Positions 27,030-39,578 of a DNA stretch of 64,000 bases are shown one piece after another. Position 1 is the first letter of the stretch. Every line of letters begins with the position of its first letter. The stretch is from Camelus ferus. Taxonomy: Eukaryota. The stretch is taken from positions 103,728,001 to 103,792,000 of the forward strand of contig NC_045696.1 of NCBI RefSeq assembly GCF_009834535.1. Direction: 5' to 3'. The notes below the pieces were generated by a model that did no database searches, was not told the DNA's origin, and worked only from the letters and a program-made list of their open reading frames with translations. A program made the position numbers and the translations under genes.

Positions 27030-27749
27030 AGCTCCCATGTCTGCCTTCCTCATACCCATGGCTCACACTGTCAAACAATCAGAGCACTCTTTTCTGCTGA
27101 ATTTGAATGAGCCTCAGACCATTGTGCCCCACCTTCTCAAGGTCAAAGTCTCTCTTGAAGCTGGGATGCATGCATGTAACTCAGTTTCCCCCAGGGAGCT
27201 TTAGCCATATGAGACTTTGATTCAGAGGAGAGAAGTATGAGAAAGAAAAGGATATTGCTGGTGAAGGTGGCAAGGCAGAGCAGAAGGCCCTCAGGCAGTA
27301 GAGGTAGCGGCCCAGGCTACTGTGTCCTGTGCAAACTGCAGTTCCTGTGAGTGTTGACCAGATGTGTGACTTGGGCGTTGTTTTTAGATGAAAAGTTTTC
27401 CACTGGATTCTTTGACCCGCCAAGAGATTGTTAGTTACCCAATACCTTTAATACATTTGTTTCCTGCTTAAGCTAGCTAGGATGGGTTTTGTTTTCTTGA
27501 CAACAAAGACAAGTGATACATTCTTTCACTTTATGCACCGATACAAGCTCTTTGCAGTTTCCTTAATGTGCCAGGTGGTTCTGTGCAGATCTGCTGTACT
27601 CCAACTGCCCCCTTTGTCCAAGATTCCCTCCCTACCCCATCCTCCATTAATACCAGTTAAGAGGCTTTTGTCTGCAAGTAACAGGAAAACTGTCAGAAAA
27701 TGCTTTTTTTAAAAAATCCAGTTTATTTTGTCAAAAATGAAGTCCTATG

Positions 27750-28620
27750 GGCCCTCAAAATTTAAAAATAGAATTACTATATGATCCAGAAATTCCACTT
27801 CTGGGTATATACCCCAAAGAACTGAAAGCAGAGTCTCAAGGAGATTTGTACACCCATGTTCATAGCAGCTTTATTCACAATAGTGAAAAGGTGGAAGTAA
27901 CTCAAATGTCCATTGACGGCTGAATGGATAAGCAAAATGTGGTATATACATCTAATGGAATATTTTTCAGCCTTAAAAAGGAAGGTAATTCTAACTTGTT
28001 ACAACATGTCTGAACTTTGAGGCTATTACATACTCTAAGTGAAATAAGCTGGTCATTAAAAGACACATACTGGACAATTCCATTTTTACATGGTACCTAG
28101 AGTAGTCAAAATCCTAGAGACAGAAAGTGGAATGATGTGGCCAAGGGCTGAGGGGAGATAAGAACAGGGAGTTATCATTTGATGGGTACAGAGATTCAGT
28201 TTTGCAAGAGAAAAGGAGTTCTAATGTTCTGGCTCATTTTTGGCAGAGGTAGCCAAGAGAGCATCATGGGTCATGAACTGTTGTCTAGTAGTGAGCTAGA
28301 TCTAACCATTTTCCACTTTTTTTTTTTTTTGTGGATTGTTGTAGAAGCTGGAAAATTGATTTCAGTGGGGGGAGATACAGCTCAAGTGGTAGAGTGCATG
28401 CTTAGTATGCACGAGGTTCTGGGTTCAATCCCCAGTACCTCCATTAAAAAAAAATTAAAATAAATAAGTAAATAAGCCTAATTACATCCCTGCCCCCCCC
28501 ACAAAAAGGAAAGAAGTGATGATTATACAACAATATGACTTACTTAATATCACTGAATTGTATATTTAAAATGGCTAAGATGGTAAATCTTATGTATATT
28601 TTACCACAATAAAAAAAATT
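27750..28620 (+). mobile_element. L1MB-like 3' end interrupted by a duplicated SINE+flank cassette (28232-28512)
   Basis: aattccacttctgggtatatacccc...gggtacagagattcagttttgcaag | insertion | gtgatgattatacaacaat...tattttaccacaataaa. Confidence 0.85.
28366..28512 (+). mobile_element. tRNA-derived SINE (Vic-1-like), part of a local duplication
   Basis: Head gatacagctcaagtggtagagtgcatgcttagtatgc. Its tail and 5' flank are shared with the copy at 30036. Confidence 0.9.
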
Positions 28621-28622
28621 CT

Positions 28623-28855
28623 TGGGGGTGGGAAGGGACAGACTGGGATTTCAACATGTAGAATAGATAAACAAGATTGTACTGTGTAGCACAGGGAAAT
28701 ATATACAGGATCTTGTGGTGGCTCACAGCAAAAGAGAATGTGGCAATGAATGTATGTATGTTTATGTATAACTGAAAAATTGGGCTCTACACTGGAATTT
28801 GACACAACATTGTAAAATGACTATAACTCAATAAACTTTTTTAAGTTAAAAAAAA
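28623..28855 (+). mobile_element. Lineage-specific L1 3' end, inserted in the poly(A) of the older L1
   Basis: Same 3'UTR type as 4526-4776, flanked by (a)n-tcttggg repeats. Confidence 0.85.
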
Positions 28856-30035
28856 ATCTTGGGAAAAAAATCCTTAGGTATGTAACCCCAGGATGATTAA
28901 TTCATCAACTCAACAATGTCAAGGTTTGAGTTAGCATCTTTGCAATTCTTTTGGCTTTGGCCTCATGGGCACAAGAAGACTTGCTGCAGCTCCAAACATC
29001 TCAACATCCAATGAGAGGAAAAACCATTTTCTCCTAAAATGTCTTTTTTTTTTTTTTTTTTCAATTAGAGAGGAAAAGCCTTCCCAGATACTTTTTCTGG
29101 AAGTCACCCCGCCACCACTCTTCCTCTCACCCTGATCAGGAAACTTTTCCTTCACATCCCATTCACAATCATGATGAATGTATAATTAACATTAATACCC
29201 CTGAATCTGGAGGCGAACTTTCCTTCCCAAAGTGCATTTCTGCCTGAAACCTAAGACCTGAACCAAACAAATGCTGTGAAAAAGAGGGCCACAGCCTCTG
29301 AGTAGACAGCCAATTCTGTGCACCACACTAACATATCTACTTATCTTTCAATGATAATGTCAACCGAAAATATGTCGACGTGCGTAACAGCAGAGATTCA
29401 TCTCCTGCCTTGCCCTGTAGAACTGGCACCTTCTTTCTTGGTGCCACTGTGGTACCCTGTGTGTACATTCACTGCAATGCCCAAATCACATTTATCGTTC
29501 CTATTTGTTGATCTGTATGTAAGATTCTCAAAGATTGGACAATGTTTTATTTGTCTTTGCCTCTCTTGTGCACAGAAAACATAGAAGAACACCAAAGGCA
29601 CTTATGAAGCAATTGCTGAATGGTGAATGAATAAATGAATGAATGAATGAGCAAATGAATGAGATGAACTATTCAGAGAAGCTGCTAACACATGAGCTGA
29701 GAATTTTGAATTTCAAACCCACAAGGGAAACCAGAGCAGACCACATAACCATGCTGGGCTGAGCCCGAGTTTTGCAGGAAGCTCAGGTGCAGAAAAAAGG
29801 CAAGGTCTCAGAAGTCAGATGAGGAAGGAGGAAGGGAAATAGGCAGAGTTTAGGGTTTTCTTTCAATCCTCCTGCTGGGCTGGGGTTGTGTATGTCACAA
29901 GCAGCTCATTTTTGGCAGAGGTAGCCAAGGACAACAGAAGCTCATGGGTCATGAACTGTTGTCTAGTAGTGGACTAGATCTAACCATCTTCCATTTTTGT
30001 GGGTTGTTGTAGAAGCTGGAAAATTGATTTCAGTT

Positions 30036-30215
30036 GGGGAGATAAAGCTCAAGTGGTAGAGTGCATGCTTAGTATGCATGAAGTTCTGGGTTCAATCCTC
30101 AGTACCTCCATTTAAAAAATTAAAATAAATAAGTAAATAAACCTAATTACCTCCCTGCCCCACCCCCAAAAAAGAAAATGCAATTTCATAGTCAGAAAAG
30201 AGTTCCAGATTTTAA
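30036..30215 (+). mobile_element. tRNA-derived SINE (Vic-1-like) with an extended 3' segment
   Basis: Typical head and tail. The 13-mer aaaattgatttca occurs at 30020-30032 and 30216-30228. Confidence 0.9.
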
Positions 30216-30794
30216 AAAATTGATTTCAAAGTTGCAAGTTGTTTTCATGCTTGTTACTATGGTCAAATCTCCAGGCAGCTATTTCAGCCTGTGGTTACAT
30301 CCTTACTCCCAGGAATCCTTTTTAGTAGATGTCTGATCTGCAACAACACAAAACGTATTTATTAGGTCCTTCGTGAAATTGCCCTGAAGGGTGGGATGGG
30401 GGAAGACTAGATTCTGAGGGTTCTCCAGGAGTGAGCAAAGGATGGAGAGTAAACATGACTGCTCATATTGATCACGTCTTAAATGTGATAGCTATTTGGT
30501 GGGCTAGTTTTATATTTTTATACTGAGAATAAAAATATAAGGGTTTTTCATGAATTTTCTAGAAATTTCCATATTCACCTCTATTTTTCCACAGGGTCTG
30601 GAATTCTTCAATAGAAATCCTCCCACCTGAAATGTTTTCAGGAACCTGAATCCTGTGATCTGGCTGATATTACTGCATGTGTGTAAGTGCTGGTTAAGAA
30701 TTTTACAAACATGAAATGTTTAAGTTGAAAAAAAAAGTGTCTTTTCATTGAGAAGATGTAAGCAAACAAGAGCCCCTCCTCCATTTTTCTGTAT

Positions 30795-31270
30795 CAGAGT
30801 TTTTCAACCTTGGCACTACTGACAGTTTGGCTGAGATAATGCTTTGAAGTTGGGGGCTGTCCTGTGCCTTAGGATGTTAAGCAGTGTGTCTGGCCTCTGC
30901 TCACTAGATGCCACAAGCATCTTCCCAGTTTTGACAATCAAAATGTCTGTGATTAAAAAAAAATGTTTTCTTTTGTATAGCACAGGGAACTATGTTCAAT
31001 ATCTTGTAATAACTTCTAATGGAAAAAAATATGAAAATGAATATATGCATGCATATGCATGACTGATATATTGTGCTGTACACCAGAGACAGACACATTG
31101 TAATTGACTATACGTCAATAAAAAATAAATTTAAAAATAACTGACAGAAAGAATATTGAAATGTTCGCCAAAGTACATTATATAAAATAAAACCTTAGCC
31201 TTTTGACCCACCCCCCAAAAAAAGTCTGTAGATAATGCCAAATGTCACTAGGGAGGCAAAATCACCCCCT
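30795..31270 (+). mobile_element. MER20 (hAT-Charlie) split by an L1 fragment at ~30955-31220
   Basis: tcaaccttggcactactgac...gggggctgtcctgtgc...ctagatgcca and tgccaaatgtc...ggcaaaatcacccc match the recalled MER20. The intervening sequence has L1 3'UTR motifs. Confidence 0.85.
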
Positions 31271-34200
31271 GCTCTATATTTATGCGTCTCATATAGTAGC
31301 AGGGTCACTGTGTTTGTAAACCTGACACCTGTCACAGCTGAGATCCACGTGGTCCAGCCCCTGAGTGGGTGAGGTTCAAAGAAGCAAAGTCCTGATAGGA
31401 TTTCTAGGCTTCATCTCAAGGAACAGAAGTGAGATCTAAGTATGTAATCGGGAGCAGCTCTTATCTAAACATCTTTCCTCTTCTCTCATATTCAGCCACT
31501 CCATTCCTCTCTTTCCCCAGAATGGAGCGCTCTCACCCACCCATTCTGTCCCTACATCTCTGTGTCCCCCTCCCACCTGATGCCTCTGAACACAGTGATG
31601 ACCCCTGTTCTCTGTTTCTCCCCTTAGAATCTACCCAAGTGGCTTATACCACCACCATCCCTCCCCCTTTCCCCTAATTCTCCAAAGATCCGGTCTAGAC
31701 CATCCAAGCTCTTCTCCACAGTTAGATGTGGGTGGATGGGAGGAACTGAGCAGCCCAAACAGCACCAAATTTAGCAGCAGGGAGGAGGACAGGGAAAGCT
31801 GACAACACTCGTATGTGTGAAGGTTTGCAGATTTTTTCACCCTACTCACAAATGTGCAAAGAAGATGTAGCATTTCATGTCTCCAAAATTGTTCTCAACT
31901 TTCTTACGCACCTCCAACCACTAAACAGAGGGGGAAATATTCTGACACACTTTAAATAGACATTTTAGGTAAGTGGTCCATCTCTTCAGGTAAAAAATGC
32001 TGTCTCTCAGGCATCTGTATCCTCCTTTTCTATCTTTTTAAGATGGTGCCTAGGTTTTGGTGGAGTTGGGACTCATAAACCTTGGAGGGACAGAAAGAGG
32101 AAGGGATCCACAGGTCTGTGCAGAATCTTCTGCTTCCTTGCTGATTTCCATCGTGGGGGTTGGTCTGGACTCTCCTGGGCTGTGTCTAACCTGTCCCTGG
32201 GAGTTCAATGAGGACCTGCTGTTGAGGCTACATTTATTGCACCTGTGGTCTGGTTCCTCCTGGCTTGGAAGCTCACTGATGACTCTGCCTCTGCTCTGGC
32301 TGCTACAGACCCCTTATCCTCCACCTGACTCTTACTTAGAATGTTCACCCTTGGTCTTGCTGCTCACTTCCCTTTCCCTCATGATGGCTGAGGCGTAGAG
32401 GCCTCTTGGCTCTAAACTCAGCTCCTCTCCTGGCCTCTTCTCTGGAGCCAGTGGGAATTCCTTTATCTGTTTTATTTCATACTTGTTCTGGGGGCAGCCC
32501 TGCCCGTCTCCCGGCAGAATCCTACTGTGCTGCTGAGTTAAACCTGGATGTAGCCACTCCCAGGGTGGTGCCAGCCAACCTGCAAGGTGAGCCCCTCCCA
32601 GAGTCCCAAACACAGAGGCTTCAGAAGCCCTCCACCTTTCCCCCAACTGCTTAAAAAAACTCCCCATTTAGGGTGGAATCAGGAGAAAGGAGATTAGAGT
32701 CACCTCTGACAGCCTAGGACTGATAGGGTGGGCATTCTTCTTCCTCTTCCTGTCTTCTCCAGAACTTCCCCGTGTAAGACTTTGTGATCAAGCTGGCTTT
32801 TGATATGCCAACAAGAGAAATAAAGGAATCTAGACCATTTTTTTCCTCTCTCTTACAAAGCCTAGCTTTTAAGAGCATCTGGTAGAAAAATCTTAAAATC
32901 CGATTTGGAAACTGATACTTACCTTTTTCTTTCTCTTTTCCTTTGCTGTTGTTGTTGTTTATTTTTTCCCTTGTAACAACCCTAAACCTCCCTGGGGTAA
33001 ATGGAAACCATTGGAAATACGGGGCAGGGGGAGGGGAAGTGTAAGGAAATAAAAAAGAAAGCAGCCTATTGGGGTATTTCAAAATGAAATTATCATCATA
33101 CATACATCGATCATTTTTCCTGTCACATGTCATGTTCTTATGAGGTTGTTCCATAGAGGTCTGAAAGCCCGAGACCTCAGCCTGTGGGTAGACCACGTAT
33201 GTCCAGTGAATGGCCAGAAGTAAGTAGATGTAGGTCCTCAGACAGGAAACCAGAACTCTGAGGGCAAATCTTAACAGACAGGAGATCTGTTTACCATCCT
33301 CGAGGTCTCTTGGCTCAGACCCTCAGGGCCTCAGGACTAGCACAGCCCTTCCAGGTGTGGGCTAATTTTCTCTCCCAAATGAAGTTGGGCCAGAGTCTGC
33401 AGAAGGGAAATTTCTTTGTAGGGCTGTCCTTCCCTGACTCTACAGTCCAAAAAAATCAGTGTAATAAAATGCTTTTAATGGGAGGACTAACACAGAGGTA
33501 TCAACTTTTTATTTTGCCAAGCAAGTATGTTTAAAACAAACCACTATTTCTATCATCAATATTTATTTTTTTTAAAAAAGGACTTTTAACACCTAAAAAT
33601 TTGGTGATTTAGTTTTAAGGAAGGAATCATTTATTGATAGGAGAGAAAGCTAAACAGATGCCTGGAATGGCATGGGGAAAGGGCATGGAACAGAGACAGG
33701 GAAGGGAGATAGGAAATGGCTATTCCCAGGCGGTAGGTATGCTTCTTTGCCTACAGGATTTGTACAGGAGCCGCTGGAATGTGGACTGAAAGGAAATCAG
33801 AGCATGTCATAGAGATCCTTGAGTAACAGGGTGAGAGACTGGAAAGTCTGCTTTGAGAGAGCCAGAGCTTCTGACTCTTTCGTGAGAAGGGAATTGACAC
33901 AAAGAAAGCCACTTCGGGGAAATTTAAGCTGTAGGTTATGTACAGCCTCTGATGAAATCACTACACTGTGAGGGAGAGAGGCTAGAGGAAAGAAAGACAT
34001 TTAGGAGAGAAAATATGGAACCATCCTAGACTTTGGCTGAAGTGTAACCTTCAGTGGGAGATGAATGAGTCACTTTTTCTGTGTCTGTTGGTTATTGTGT
34101 CATATGGTTACCCTGGTGGGGGTGGTTGGTGATTTTAAAGAGGGCTACATGTATTACTAATAACTTAATGGGCACAGGGTGGATTTTTAACACTTTAGAC

Positions 34201-35436
34201 AATTCCTGTTTCATTCTGTACAGAAGTTAGTCCATATTGATGCGGGCTTTCTGCCTTGATTCATCTTATCTCAGTGTCTGTACAGTTACACGGCTTGTAC
34301 TTTTCTTTTGGATGACTTACCACAGTTTGTGATTATGTCATTAACGTGAGCATTTCAGTGATGTCTGTTTCCTCACAGAATGGGGTTCTTGAAGGCCACA
34401 ATCAAACACAAATAATAGATCCCATGATCACTGCTACAGGAAGCAGTCTCGGTAGTTCCTGGTGGCCTTCTTCCCCAGCTAGCGTTCATGAGCCAGGGTG
34501 CCACCTGTTGGATAAAACAGACAATCCAGCATTTTGCACAATCACATATCTCTTTACAAATAAGCATGTTGCAGTCCCATCTAATTTTTGCTGATAGAGG
34601 ATCTTTTCCTGGCATTTACAATTTTTTTTTACATTAAAAAATTTGGTTTCATTTCCTCAGCAAAACTTAGTGTTTTCTCACTCTTAAACAGTAGCTTTGT
34701 TTAATCCCATGCTCCACGTTTCAGATAAAGGAAGCTTCTATGTTAAATTGTAGTAAAATCTCTCTTACATCTAAGGAGTCAGAGAATGGAACAACAACTG
34801 GAATTACCTTTTGTACTAGGCATGCACAAGTGACTTGAAGACACAGATATTTGCGACAGAAGAACATCCCATAGTGCTGGTGCAAGCACACTTTCGTTGA
34901 TAAAAGATTATTGAAAAGAAACTTTGAGAATATGTAGTTCCTCAGTCGTTATTGTAAACTCCTGTTATTATAGTGGAAAAGCATGAACATAATGGTTAAC
35001 GGAGTCCTGGCCAAAGATGGTACTAATTGTATTTTTCAGGAACACATATATTTTCAAACATTTTCTGTTAAACACACATTCACACCTTGACCTACTCGTC
35101 CATGTTAGGAGAAATGCACGTTGACTTAAATGATGTTGGGTTCCCAGGGTCTCTTGTCAGAGGTTTTATCACGTCAGCCTTAAAGAGGAAACGTTGGCTT
35201 GCTTATCTGGACAGATTTCCGAACTCTTTTTCTAAAGTCTTACGTTTTGATATTTGATATTTTATCTTCTATTTGCTTTCCTCATTCCGGGTTCCATATC
35301 AGAAGTGGAACCTTTTCATGATCCTTTGACTTGGGGAGGTGGGAGGAGAAACAAGTTTTCTTCTTACTGATTTCTGGGAAATATTTACGTACAGCAGATC
35401 CGAACTGTTTGTATGCAGATGTGATGTGCTGCTATG

Positions 35437-35440
<4 letters not shown>

Positions 35441-35476
<36 letters not shown>
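35441..35476. repeat. (GT)18 microsatellite
   Basis: Direct reading. Confidence 0.95.
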
Positions 35477-35484
<8 letters not shown>

Positions 35485-37264
35485 TAGCCTTGTTTGTAGT
35501 ATTTTCATCGGATAAAAATTGTCAATTTTGACAGATCCAAACTCAATCTTTTCCTTTGTGATAATTTTTATCACTTTTGTGCTCAGAATAGCTTGTCTTT
35601 CCAGAAATTAGATATATGTGCATTTAGTTTTTATTTTGTTTTCCTGATTTTATATTTTCCATTGCACTCTTTGATTCATTTGAAATTGAGTGTATAGTCT
35701 GAACCAAGCTTCAAGTATTCTCTCAAACTGGCCGTGATCTCAACACCATTTGCTTAACAGACCATTTTCTTTTCATTTTATTATAAACTACATAATCTTT
35801 TACGTAAAAATCAATTTTGTGACTTCCATTTCTGTTCCCCTAAGCAGCCTGTTAGTTATTGTGCCAATTCCACACATATTTAATCCCCATAACTGTTTAA
35901 TAGCTTTCAATATCTGTCTTCCTCATTACTATTCCTTTAGAATTTTTATCACCTATTCTTGTTTGCTTTTTCTTCCAAATGAACTATGAGGATCATCTTG
36001 CCAGTTCCCAAAATACAACTATTAGAATTTTGATTCACCCTTTACATCCTATTCAGTAAACATTTATTAAGAATTGATATGAAGGCGCTAATAAACATTG
36101 ACCAAATAATAATGTTATGAACGTTTGTAAGCGTATACTTCCTTATATTTGTAAGAAAGATCCTTTAAATATTTTAAAGGATATCACCTTTCATATTGTT
36201 CATCCAGGAGTTACAGAATACTTGAACACAAGACAATTAAGGTAGGTATGAAGAGGGAGGAAATCTTTTCGCTGTAAACCAGGAGGGGAACAGGCTGGCT
36301 GAGTACAACTAGGATTGAGAATCTCTTTAATTCAAAATAGAAAATTGAAAGTTATATAAGAGGTTAAGACAGAAAGGAGACACATGGGCTCAGAGAGTCC
36401 CATACCCCAAAATGAGACTCCACATGACAACAGGCACCAGGCTGGCATTTCAGAGAAGGGCACCTGGGTCCCATGTTCAGGTTCCATGGATCCCAGATTG
36501 CAGCTCTGCACATGAGTAGGATAACTGCCTTGTAGCCCCAAGAAGACAGAGAAAAAAGTTTGGGCATGATAAAGAAAATCAACCCATGCTATTAAAAACT
36601 GGAATTAAATACGAATTTTATAATCAGCATAATCTGTGAGTGTTTATTATTTATGCTATTGGAAAAATTAAGAGTTTTCATTAGAAACTACTAAGATAAT
36701 GTAATTAAGCTTGTCAACAGAGTTTGAATGTTAAGTGAATCTAAATTACTACACCTACATGTTTCATTTAATATATTTATTACTTTTTGATGGATTTAGT
36801 AAGATTTTGCTTGTTAAATTTGAAACTCCATTCTGCGAGGCAACTGAAATGCCTGAGAGGATCCAATATTAAATTTATAAATATTGTTTAAAATGTTTAA
36901 GGGTGCTTCGTTAAGTCAATTTATATAAAGAGTTGTTTGCTTAGGGGAATATAATCTTTTAAATGTACAAGTTAATGAAACATTAATTCAAGGATGAGAA
37001 AAAATGGTTATTTTTACACATAATAGACTTTTATACATAATTGTGAACATGCATATTTATGGATAAAATAACCATATTTATAAGTTGATTTGTATGCTTA
37101 CATTTTTAAAAACTTAAACTTAAATGAATTGAATATTGATTCAGATACATGTTAACATGCATATTTCTTTGCATGCTGCAAGATCTACCTTAAACATTAA
37201 AGCCCAGTTGTTAGTAGTAAGGAAACCAACTCATTTTAGTTTTCTTGAGACTACTTTTGTTTTT

Positions 37265-37736
37265 GCTTCTGCTGTTTCTTTTCCTTTTATTGAAGTATAA
37301 TCAGTTTACAATGTTGCATCAATTTCTGGTGTACAGCATAATGCTTCAGTCATACATATACATACATGTATTCCTTTTCATATTCTTTTCACCATAGATT
37401 ACAAGATATTGAATATAGTTCCCTGTGCCATACAGTATGAATTTGTTTACCTATTTTTTATATAGTAGTTAGTATATGCAAATCTCAAACTCCCAATTTA
37501 TCCCTTTCCACCCCCTTTTTCACAGTTACCATAAGTTTGTTTTCTATGTCTGTGAGCCTGTTTCTGTTTTGTAAATAAGTTCAATTTTTTTTGTTATCAA
37601 TTGTGGGTTTTTTTAATTGATTTTTAATCATTTTACAATGTTGTGTCAAATTCCAGTGTAGAGCACAATTTTTCAGTTATACATGAACATATATATATAT
37701 ATATTCATTGTCACAGTAAATAAGTTCAATTGTGTC

Positions 37737-37767
<31 letters not shown>

Positions 37768-37984
37768 TTCCACATATGAGTGATATCGTATGGTATTTTT
37801 CTTTCTTTCTGGCTTACTTCACTTAGAATGACAATCTCCAGGTCCACCCATGTTGCTGCAAATGGCATTATTTTATTCTTTCTCATGACTAAGTAGTATT
37901 TCATTGCATAAATATACCACAACTTTTTCATCTAGTCGTCTATCGATGGACATTTAGGTCATTTCCATGTCTTGGCTATTTTGG
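37265..37984 (-). mobile_element. 5'-truncated L1 3' end containing a nested second L1 fragment (37587-37715), inside a MER94-like element
   Basis: L1 3'UTR and ORF2 tail (ORF 37677-37931). Inner TSD gtaaataagttcaatt at 37571-37586 and 37716-37731. Outer repeat gactacttt at 37249 and 37985. Confidence 0.9.
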
Positions 37985-38529
37985 GACTACTTTGGTTTTA
38001 AAACTGAAAGTCTCCCCTCCTGGGAAACTTGGCAAACTGAGACGGTAGGTCACTGTCATTGGCAGACAATCCTCTGACCTTCACAACAGGCCTGTGGCCA
38101 CCTTGCATGAAATCTGTGCTCAGATTTATCATCCTTGTTACCTGAGGAAGCACCTGGGCTCAGGCGTTCACATGGCTTGGCTAAGGCCGTGGATTGGTTT
38201 ATATTTATCTTCTTTCTCTATGTTCTTTTTCTACTGAATTTGATTGGCTGACTTATATCTGAGGTCTCCCCCTGGCACCCCATAGAGAACTTGGTTTCCT
38301 CTAGAATGAATGAGATCTATTTTTACCTAGAAGGGACTTGGACTAGGATTAATTTTAGCAATGGTCTCTGCAAGTTCCTTTGCAGAGACATTCAGGGAGG
38401 TGGCCTTAGCCTTTACAAGACAGGTAGAAATGGACGTGATGAAGATGTTCAGGGGCTGGATTACTGTACTTTTAAAAATCATTTTGCTGCCTATTTAAAA
38501 TGTGTTACTACTTATAATTCACTTTCTAA

Positions 38530-39578
38530 TAACAACTTTATTGAGGTAAAAATAACAGACCATACAATTCAATCATTATAGTGTATAATTCAATGATTTT
38601 TAGTATATTCTCAGAATTCTACAACCATCATCACAATCAATTTTACAATATTTTCCTCACCGCCCCAAAAGAAACTCCAGGCCTATCAGGAATCACTCTC
38701 CATGTCCCTTCAGCCAGCCTTTGTCAATTACAGATACTTTCTATCTCTATAGATTTGCCTATTCTGGAAGTTTCATATAAATGGAGTCATGCAATATGGG
38801 ATCTGATGCATCTGGGTTTTTTTCACTTACAATGTTTTCAAGGTTGTAGTATGTGTCAGCACTTCAGTTTTCCTTATAGTCAAATACTATTCCATAGTGC
38901 AGATATACAACATTTTATTTATTCTTTCATCAGTTGATGGGCATTTGGGTTGTTTATACTTTGTGGATACTATGAATATCCCAAGGCTGCTATGAACACT
39001 GGTGTACACATCAGTGTGTGGACATATGCTTTCATTTCTCTCAGGTATAGACTTAGGAGTGGAATTACTGGGTCATATAGTAACTCTATGTTTAATCATT
39101 TGAGGAAATGCCAGACTGTTTCCAAAGATGCTGCAACATTTTACGTTGCCACCGTCAGTGCTCAGGGGTTCCAGTTTCTTCACATGCTTCCTAACACTTG
39201 CTATTATCTATCTTTTCTTGTTATAGCTACTCTGTTGGATGTGAAGTGGTATCTCATTGTGTTTTTGATTTGCATTTCCCTGGTGATGAATGACATTGAG
39301 CATCTTCTCATGTACTTACTCGCCATTTGCGTACCTTCTTGGAGAAAATGTCTGTTTAGATCATTTGCCTATTTTTAAATTGGGTTGTCTTTTTATCACT
39401 GAGTTTTAACTGCACTTTATATATTCTAGATGTAAGTGTTTTATCAGATATATTATTTTCAAGTGTTTTCTACCATTTTGAGTGTTGTCTTCATTTCTTT
39501 GATGCCCTTTGTAGCAAAAAAGTTCTAAATTTTGATGTCCAATTTATCTATTTTTTGTTGTTTTTGCTGTCATATTTA
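38530..39578 (-). mobile_element. L1MB-like 3' end
   Basis: ctttattgagg...atagatttgcctattctgga...cagttgatgggcatttgggttgttt...ggaattactgggtcata. Confidence 0.85.
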
